A DNA stretch of 64,000 nucleotides from Myxococcota bacterium (GTDB taxonomy: Bacteria; Myxococcota_A; UBA796; CAJQPC01). Below the pieces are notes generated by a model. It saw only the letters and a list, made by a program, of their open reading frames with translations, made no database searches and was not told the origin of the DNA. The translations under genes and the position numbers were made by a program. The stretch covers positions 426,565 to 490,564 of the forward strand of contig JAZAMN010000052.1 of NCBI GenBank assembly GCA_036229005.1. The letters are read 5' to 3'. Positions 58,057 through 64,000 of this stretch are shown in pieces; position 1 is the first letter of the stretch; every line of letters starts with the position of its first letter.

Positions 58057-58404
58057 CTACTGACCCGGGGTCGCCCTGGGGGCCGCGAGCTGCAGGTTGA
58101 GGCCGGAGACATCGGCCTCCCCGACCTGGACCACGCCCGGGTAGAGCCCCATGGCCGCCCGGGGGTCCAGCCCATCCAGTTCCGGATCCGTCCCCGCCCG
58201 AAGGCGCACCGCACCAGCCCCCGAAGGCAGCGTGAGTTCGTAGTGGCCCGGACCACTCAGGACCGCCTCGGCGACCAGCAGGAGCTGACCGTTCTCGTCC
58301 TCCGAGAGGGCCTCGATGCGCACGGGGCCTGCCCCGGACCAGGTGATGGTCCCAGACAGCGTGACCTCGCTGGCGGACGCGAGCCCACAGAGGAGCAGGA
58401 ACAT
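58057..58404 (-). CDS. Small secreted beta-sandwich hypothetical protein
   Basis: Short signal MFLLLCGLASA; its start overlaps the UDG stop. Confidence 0.55.
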   Translation of the reverse strand: MFLLLCGLASASEVTLSGTITWSGAGPVRIEALSEDENGQLLLVAEAVLSGPGHYELTLPSGAGAVRLRAGTDPELDGLDPRAAMGLYPGVVQVGEADVSGLNLQLAAPRATPGQ

Positions 58405-59576
58405 CAGCTCCCCCCGGAGGTGAGCCGCTGTTTGACCGCGACCAGGTCCTCCAGCGCCTTCCGCTTGTCCTGGGGCCGCCTCAAGAGGTAGGCCGGATGC
58501 AGCGTGGGACGCAGGGGGACGCCGTCGCGCTCATGCCAGCTCCCGCGCAGGCGCATGATGCCTTCGTCCGTCTGGAGCAGCGTCTTGGAGGCCGGCGAGC
58601 CAAGCGCCAGGATGACCTTGGGCTTGAGCGCGCGGAGCTGGGCGTCCAGGAAGGGCCGGCAGGCGGCGATCTCCTCCGGGAGCGGATCGCGGTTCCGCGG
58701 AGGCCTGCACTTCACGATGTTCAGGATGTAGACCTGGGAGCGCGAGAGCCCCAGCACGCCGGCGAGCATCTTATCGAGCATCTCGCCAGCAGGCCCTACA
58801 AAGGGCAGTCCGCGCTGGTCCTCCTGGGCCCCGGGGCCTTCGCCCACGATCACCAGATCGGCCGCGGGGTTGCCCATCCCGAACACCACGCTCTTGCTGC
58901 GCTCACAGAGCCCACAGCGCTCACACTCGCCGAGCTCCTTGCGCACCGCCAGCAGCCGATCCGCCGCCTGACTCGCTGGGGAGCCGCCGGGGATGGGCGG
59001 GAGCTGGTTCTGCCGAAAGCCCCAGGAGCCCACCACATGGTCCCAGGTGTAGCGGATGTCCTTCTTGTTGGGACGCTTGAAGCGCGGGCGCTCCGGCAGG
59101 GGCCCCGGAGGCGGCTGTTCGGCCTCTTCCAGCCAGTCCGGCATCTCCGGCGGGGGCGGCATGTCGTCTCCCCCCGGGGGCGGCGCCATGTCCATGCCCA
59201 TGTCCGGGGGGAGGTCGAGGGGGCTCTGGGGCTTCTTGGGGCTGCTGGGAGAACCGCCCCACTTGCTGCCCGCGCCCGGCCGCCGCTTGCGCGTCGTCGG
59301 GGTCCTCGACACAGGAGCCTCCCGGCGAGGAGCGGCTGTCTGTGACGGACTCTTGGCGCTCTGCTGACCGGGGCGCCGCCTGGGCTGGCTGGGGCGCTCT
59401 CCGGGGGACGCGGTCCGCGTAGGCTGTGAGGGACGCGCGGGCGCTGCCTTGGGTGCGGGCGCCTGGAGCTGCTCGGCGGTCGGCCTGGGCAGCGTCACCA
59501 CGCCCCGAGCCGCCTCGGCGTCCAGGAGCTGCTGCAGATCTGCGCGCAGGGCCTCCAGCTCTTCGATGGGGCTCAT
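58404..59576 (-). CDS. Uracil-DNA glycosylase family 4 with long Pro-rich N-terminal extension
   Basis: CERCGLC, VGEGPG, PFVGPAG, KCRPPRNRDP, HPAYLLR; ATGA overlap with maf. Confidence 0.9.
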   Translation of the reverse strand: MSPIEELEALRADLQQLLDAEAARGVVTLPRPTAEQLQAPAPKAAPARPSQPTRTASPGERPSQPRRRPGQQSAKSPSQTAAPRREAPVSRTPTTRKRRPGAGSKWGGSPSSPKKPQSPLDLPPDMGMDMAPPPGGDDMPPPPEMPDWLEEAEQPPPGPLPERPRFKRPNKKDIRYTWDHVVGSWGFRQNQLPPIPGGSPASQAADRLLAVRKELGECERCGLCERSKSVVFGMGNPAADLVIVGEGPGAQEDQRGLPFVGPAGEMLDKMLAGVLGLSRSQVYILNIVKCRPPRNRDPLPEEIAACRPFLDAQLRALKPKVILALGSPASKTLLQTDEGIMRLRGSWHERDGVPLRPTLHPAYLLRRPQDKRKALEDLVAVKQRLTSGGS

Positions 59577-60148
59577 GTCCATGGCGACCACCCCCTGCGG
59601 GAGAGCATCGGGATCAGCGTGTAGAGCGGGAGCCCGATCACGTTGAACCAGTCACCCTCGATGCGCTCGATCAGGAAAGCCCCGCGATGCTCCGCCTCGT
59701 AGCCGCCCGCGGAGCCCGCGCCTTCGCCGGTCGCCACGTACGCGCGCAGGTCGCCGTCCGAGAGATCCCCTCGAAAGTGCACCCGGGTGGTGACGTCCAC
59801 GATCTCCTCTTCCCCGCCTGGCGACACCACACAGACTCCCGTCACCAGCTCGTGGCTGCGGCCGCGGAGCTGCTTGAGGCGGCGCAGGTGGTCGTCGCTG
59901 TCCGCGGGCTTCCCGAAGCACTCCCCCTTGAGGTGGGCGACCTGGTCGGCCCCGATGACCAGCGCGTCGGGGCGCCGAGCGGCCACGGCCTGGGCCTTGA
60001 GGCGGGCCAGGGTGCGGGCCAGGCGCGTGGGGTCCGCGATCTGGATGGCGCGCTCGTCCACCCCAGAGGCCACCGCCTCGCACGAGACCCCGGCGTCCTC
60101 GAGCACCTGCTTTCGCCACTTGCTGCCGGAGGCCAGCACCACCTTCAC
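59573..60148 (-). CDS. maf: Maf family nucleotide pyrophosphatase (YceF/m7GTP-type signature)
   Basis: LASGSKWR, IGADQV, GKP, AGGYEAE, NVIGLP. Confidence 0.9.
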   Translation of the reverse strand: MKVVLASGSKWRKQVLEDAGVSCEAVASGVDERAIQIADPTRLARTLARLKAQAVAARRPDALVIGADQVAHLKGECFGKPADSDDHLRRLKQLRGRSHELVTGVCVVSPGGEEEIVDVTTRVHFRGDLSDGDLRAYVATGEGAGSAGGYEAEHRGAFLIERIEGDWFNVIGLPLYTLIPMLSRRGWSPWT

Positions 60149-60239
60149 ACACACCTCTGGATCTGCACGCTGCCGGCCCTTAGTGTAGCCTCCCACTCAG
60201 ACCACGCCGACTACGGCCTCATCTGGATCGAGCGTCTTC

Positions 60240-62249
60240 ATGTCTAAAAGCCGCGCCGTTGGCATCGACCTGGGCACAACCTTCTCCGCAATCGCCCATG
60301 TGAACAAGCACGGGGTCCCCGAGATCCTCCACAACGCGGAGGGCGACCGGATCACCCCCTCTGTTGTGCTGTTCGAGGGCGACGAGGTGATCGTCGGCAA
60401 CTACGCAAAGCAGTCTGCCGTCGTCTACCCCGAGCAGGTCGTCGAGTTCATCAAGCGCTTCATGGGCGATGCGCACTTCACCTTCGAGTACCGCGGTGAG
60501 AGCTACAGCCCCGAGCGCATCTCCTCCTTCATCCTCGCCAAGCTCAAGCACGACGCCGAGCTGCGGCTGGGGCACCGCATCGACCAGGCCGTCATCACGG
60601 TCCCGGCCTACTTCAACGACCACCAGCGTCAGGCCACCCTCAAGGCCGGCGAGATGGCTGGGCTGCAGGTCCTCAAGCTCATCAACGAGCCCACCGCGGC
60701 AGCCTTCGCCTATGGCCTGAACAACGTCGACAAGCGCAAGCGCGTGCTGGTGTTCGACCTTGGCGGCGGCACCTTCGACGTCACGATCTGTGAGATCGAC
60801 GGCCGGGACATCAACGTGATCGCCACCAACGGCGACCACCAGCTCGGCGGCAAGGACTGGGACGACTCCCTCATCCGCCACGCGGCCCGCTCCTTTGAAG
60901 AGAAGCACGGCATGGATCCCCTGGAGGACCTGGCCGCCTACCATGACCTCCGCCAGAAGTGCGTCTCCGCCAAGATCAGCCTGACGCGCCGCCCCAAGGT
61001 CAACCTCTTCTACGACTTCCGGGGCAAGATCATGCGCCTGGCGGTCACTCGGGAGACCTTCGAGGACCTCACCGCCGGCCTGATGCGCCGCTGTGAGCTC
61101 CTGACCGACGACGTCCTGGATGAGGCCGGGCTGCAGCGGGAGGACATCGACACAGTTCTCCTCGCCGGCGGCTCCACGCGCATGCCCATGGTCCGCGCGA
61201 TGCTCAAGCGCATGTTCGAGCGGGCACCCGCCACGGACATCAACCCGGATGAGTGTGTGGCCTTGGGCGCTGCCCTGACCGCCGCCCTGGAGGCCGCCGC
61301 CCTCACCGGCGAGAAGCCCGACATCGACATCCGCACCCACGATGTGACCAGCCACAGCCTGGGCATGGTGGTGTTCCGGCAGGGCCAGGAGTCCAAGCTC
61401 CACAACAGCCGCATCATCTCAAAGAACACGCGGATCCCCTGCGAGCAGACGCGCGATGAGTACGTCACCACCCACGACGGCCAGACCACGATGGACCTCT
61501 GGCTGGTACAGGGTGAGAACGAGGACCCCCTGGAGTGCAACGTCCTGGGGCGCTTCGAGTTCTACGGCATCCCGCCCCGCCCCGCTGGCGAGAGCCGCCT
61601 GGCCGTGACCTACCGCTACAACGCCAACGGCATCGTCGAGGTCGAGGCCATGGACCTGCGCTCCGGCCAGACCCTCGCCCACCGCCTCGCCGCCGGCCAC
61701 GTCACCCTGGATGACCTGGCCAAGAACCGCATCCCCATGCAGCTCGCCCTGGTGATGGACTGCTCCGGCTCCATGTACGGGCAATCCCTCGACGACGCCA
61801 AGATCGCCGCCCGGGCCTTCGTCGAGCGCTCCCTGCAGCCCGGCCGCCAGATCGCCGTGGTCGCCTTCCCCGGTGGCGTGATGGCCCCCCCGACCTCGGA
61901 CCCCCGCCGCCTCGCCCAGGCAATCGACGACCTGACCGCAATCGGGTCCACGCCCATGGCCGACGGCCTCAAGAACGCCCGGGATCTGCTGCGCCCCCGC
62001 GCCGGCATCCAGCGCGTGTTCGTCGTGATGACCGACGGCCACCCCGATGAGCCCGAGGGGGTGTCCTCGGAGGTGCACCGGATCCGCTCCAGTGGCGGGC
62101 GCATCGTCACTGTGGGGGTGGGGCCGCAGGTGCAGCCCGAATACCTCCAGTCCCTGGCCTCCAGCCCCGCTGACTACCACTTCTGCAGCGACTCGGTCGA
62201 GCTCCAGGGCACCTTCATCAACCTGGCCACCGAGCTGGCCCAGAACTGA
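60240..62249 (+). CDS. Hsp70 family protein fused to a C-terminal vWA domain
   Basis: GIDLGTTFS, TVPAYF, INEPTAAA, FDLGGGTFD, GGSTRMP, SBD-beta, then DCSGSM / GSTPM / MTDG. Confidence 0.93.
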   Translation: MSKSRAVGIDLGTTFSAIAHVNKHGVPEILHNAEGDRITPSVVLFEGDEVIVGNYAKQSAVVYPEQVVEFIKRFMGDAHFTFEYRGESYSPERISSFILAKLKHDAELRLGHRIDQAVITVPAYFNDHQRQATLKAGEMAGLQVLKLINEPTAAAFAYGLNNVDKRKRVLVFDLGGGTFDVTICEIDGRDINVIATNGDHQLGGKDWDDSLIRHAARSFEEKHGMDPLEDLAAYHDLRQKCVSAKISLTRRPKVNLFYDFRGKIMRLAVTRETFEDLTAGLMRRCELLTDDVLDEAGLQREDIDTVLLAGGSTRMPMVRAMLKRMFERAPATDINPDECVALGAALTAALEAAALTGEKPDIDIRTHDVTSHSLGMVVFRQGQESKLHNSRIISKNTRIPCEQTRDEYVTTHDGQTTMDLWLVQGENEDPLECNVLGRFEFYGIPPRPAGESRLAVTYRYNANGIVEVEAMDLRSGQTLAHRLAAGHVTLDDLAKNRIPMQLALVMDCSGSMYGQSLDDAKIAARAFVERSLQPGRQIAVVAFPGGVMAPPTSDPRRLAQAIDDLTAIGSTPMADGLKNARDLLRPRAGIQRVFVVMTDGHPDEPEGVSSEVHRIRSSGGRIVTVGVGPQVQPEYLQSLASSPADYHFCSDSVELQGTFINLATELAQN

Positions 62250-62264
62250 TCGGAGTTCCGCAGC

Positions 62265-62756
62265 ATGTCCGAGAACGAGGAGCTCCGCGCCGAGATCCAG
62301 GCCCTCCGGGCCCAACTCGAGGATCGCGCCATCAACGAGCAGACCCAGAGCCGGGCCTTCGACGCCCTGTACGAAGAGCTCAAGCAGTACAAGGAGGACT
62401 TCATCTTCCAGGCTGAGAAGCCCCTGCTGCTCGACCTGCTGCTCTTCTACGACTCCCTGAACTGGTTCCAGCAGTCCCTGGTGAAGCGCGAGATGTCCAT
62501 GGACGTCATCTCCGACTCCTTCCAGTACCTGATCGACGAGTTCCTGGAGGTCCTGTACCGGCGCGACGTGCTCCCCATGGAGAGCCAGCCCAACTTCGAT
62601 CCCAAGACCCAGAAGGTCGTCAAGGTCGTCCCCGCCGAGAACGCCGCCCAGGACCAGCAAGTGGCCCAGGTGCTCAAGCGCGGCTTCAACCGGGCAGACC
62701 GTGTGCTCCGCTCGGAAGAGGTCGTCATCTACCGCGAAGGCGTGAAGGGCAACTGA
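62265..62756 (+). CDS. GrpE-like nucleotide exchange factor
   Basis: Coiled-coil N-terminus, FDPKTQKVV, KRGF...RVLR..EV; GGAG RBS. Confidence 0.82.
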   Translation: MSENEELRAEIQALRAQLEDRAINEQTQSRAFDALYEELKQYKEDFIFQAEKPLLLDLLLFYDSLNWFQQSLVKREMSMDVISDSFQYLIDEFLEVLYRRDVLPMESQPNFDPKTQKVVKVVPAENAAQDQQVAQVLKRGFNRADRVLRSEEVVIYREGVKGN

Positions 62757-62837
62757 GCGGCGCGGAGCCTGTCACCGCTCCCAGCCTGATAGAGTCTCCG
62801 AACCCCCGACCCCAGCTCCAAGCGAAGGAGCCCTGCC

Positions 62838-64000
62838 TTGGCTGGCGACAACGACATCATCCTGGGTATCGATCTCGGCACCACCTTCTCGGCCATGTCC
62901 TACGTGGACCGCTTCGGGAAGCCGAACATCATCCCCAACGCCGACGGCCACTCGACGACCGCATCGGTGATCCACTTCTACGACCGCAACGCCTGCGTGG
63001 TGGGAGAGGAGGCCGTCAAGATGGTCGTCGTGGACCCCACCAACGTGGTGCGCTTCATCAAGCGCAGCATGGGGGACACGGACTTCCAGTTGGACTTCTT
63101 CGGGGTCAGCTACACCCCCCAGGAGCTCTCGGCCTTCGTCCTCCGCAAGATGAAGAACGACGCCGAGGAGGCGCTGGGCAAGCCGGTCAACAACTGCGTC
63201 ATCACCGTGCCCGCGTATTTCAACGCAGCCCAGCGCGGGGCGACCGCGGAGGCCGGACAGATCGCCGGCTTCAACGTCCTGTCCATCATCAACGAGCCAA
63301 CCGCTGCGGCCATCGCCCTGGGGCTTGAGCACCTGGGCAAGCAGAAGAAGCTGCTCGTGTTCGACCTCGGTGGCGGCACCTTCGATGTCACCGTGATGGA
63401 GATCCGCGGCACCAAGCTGCGGACCTTGGCCTCCGACGGCAACGCTGAGCTTGGCGGCAAGGACTGGGACGACCGCCTGCTCTCCTACGTCGCCGAGCAG
63501 TTCGAAGAGCGCTTTGGCCTGGATCCGCGGGACGACGCGCTCCCCTACCAGGAGCTCTACGAGCGCTGCCTGCACGCCAAGCTCTCCTTGTCGACCAAGC
63601 CCCGCGCGGTGATCCCCGTGAACTTCCGCGGGCACCGCATGGTGGTGTCCGTCACCCGCCAGCAGTTCGACGAGCTCTGCAAGGATCTGGTCGAGCAGTG
63701 CATGGACACCTGTCAGATCGTCCTCGACAAGGCCAACATGAGCTGGGACGACATCGACGAGAACCTGCTGGTCGGTGGCTCCACCCGGATGCCGATGATC
63801 CGGGAGGCCCTGGACAAGATGACCGGCAAGCCCCTGGCCAAGGGCGTCAACCCCGATGAGGGAGTGGCGCTGGGAGCGGCGCTCGCGGCGGTCTTCAGGC
63901 ACCAGCCCAACCACCCCGCACTGAGGGCGCACCGCGCAGCTCTGGCTCGGTCCCGCGCCCGAGGAAAGAAGCCCCGGCCCGCCACCCCCACCAGCCGCCC
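62838..64000 (+). CDS. Second Hsp70 family protein, 3'-truncated by the window edge and absent from the ORF track
   Basis: AAGGAG RBS then TTG: LAGDNDIILGIDLGTTFS...TVPAYF...INEPTAAA...FDLGGGTFD...GGSTRMP...NPDEGVALGAA. Confidence 0.92.
   Translation, partial: MAGDNDIILGIDLGTTFSAMSYVDRFGKPNIIPNADGHSTTASVIHFYDRNACVVGEEAVKMVVVDPTNVVRFIKRSMGDTDFQLDFFGVSYTPQELSAFVLRKMKNDAEEALGKPVNNCVITVPAYFNAAQRGATAEAGQIAGFNVLSIINEPTAAAIALGLEHLGKQKKLLVFDLGGGTFDVTVMEIRGTKLRTLASDGNAELGGKDWDDRLLSYVAEQFEERFGLDPRDDALPYQELYERCLHAKLSLSTKPRAVIPVNFRGHRMVVSVTRQQFDELCKDLVEQCMDTCQIVLDKANMSWDDIDENLLVGGSTRMPMIREALDKMTGKPLAKGVNPDEGVALGAALAAVFRHQPNHPALRAHRAALARSRARGKKPRPATPTSR

Noticed and set aside
60240..62756. Canonical dnaK-grpE heat-shock operon
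   Set aside because: The Hsp70 lacks the lid and carries a vWA domain, the GrpE is divergent, and no CIRCE element, hrcA or dnaJ was seen, so gene symbols were withheld.

Overview
A GC-rich, gene-dense chromosomal segment. It most likely comes from a Myxococcota/deltaproteobacterial-type bacterium (inferred from a giant AgmK-like TPR protein, many lipoproteins, TSP3/vWA proteins and several Hsp70 paralogues). It holds about 54 CDSs and one tRNA-Thr(CGT), with no visible integrase, transposase, prophage or CRISPR array. Housekeeping genes include alr, a UDP-glucuronate decarboxylase, prs, apaG, plsB-like and gpsA-like genes, gshA, rlmB, PIN-PhoH, the queA-tgt-yajC-secD-secF-ihfB operon, an S1 protein, a family-4 UDG and maf. 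The most notable items are: (1) an atypical chaperone cluster at the right edge, with an Hsp70 whose lid is replaced by an intact-MIDAS vWA domain, a divergent GrpE and a second Hsp70 missed by the ORF track; (2) ultra-short lipoprotein signal peptides across the window (Cys at residue 8-11, mostly with no charged n-region); (3) three tandem 8-Cys lipoprotein paralogues flanked by a parvulin and two thioredoxin-like lipoproteins; (4) an integrin-beta-like vWA/Ca-repeat lipoprotein divergent from a leaderless MerR-VIT-vWA operon with a triple ATGTTNACAGT operator; (5) a probable GpsA pseudoenzyme and a TGT lacking its Zn ligands. Start codons were refined by eye. Functional calls come from motif recognition, not database searches.
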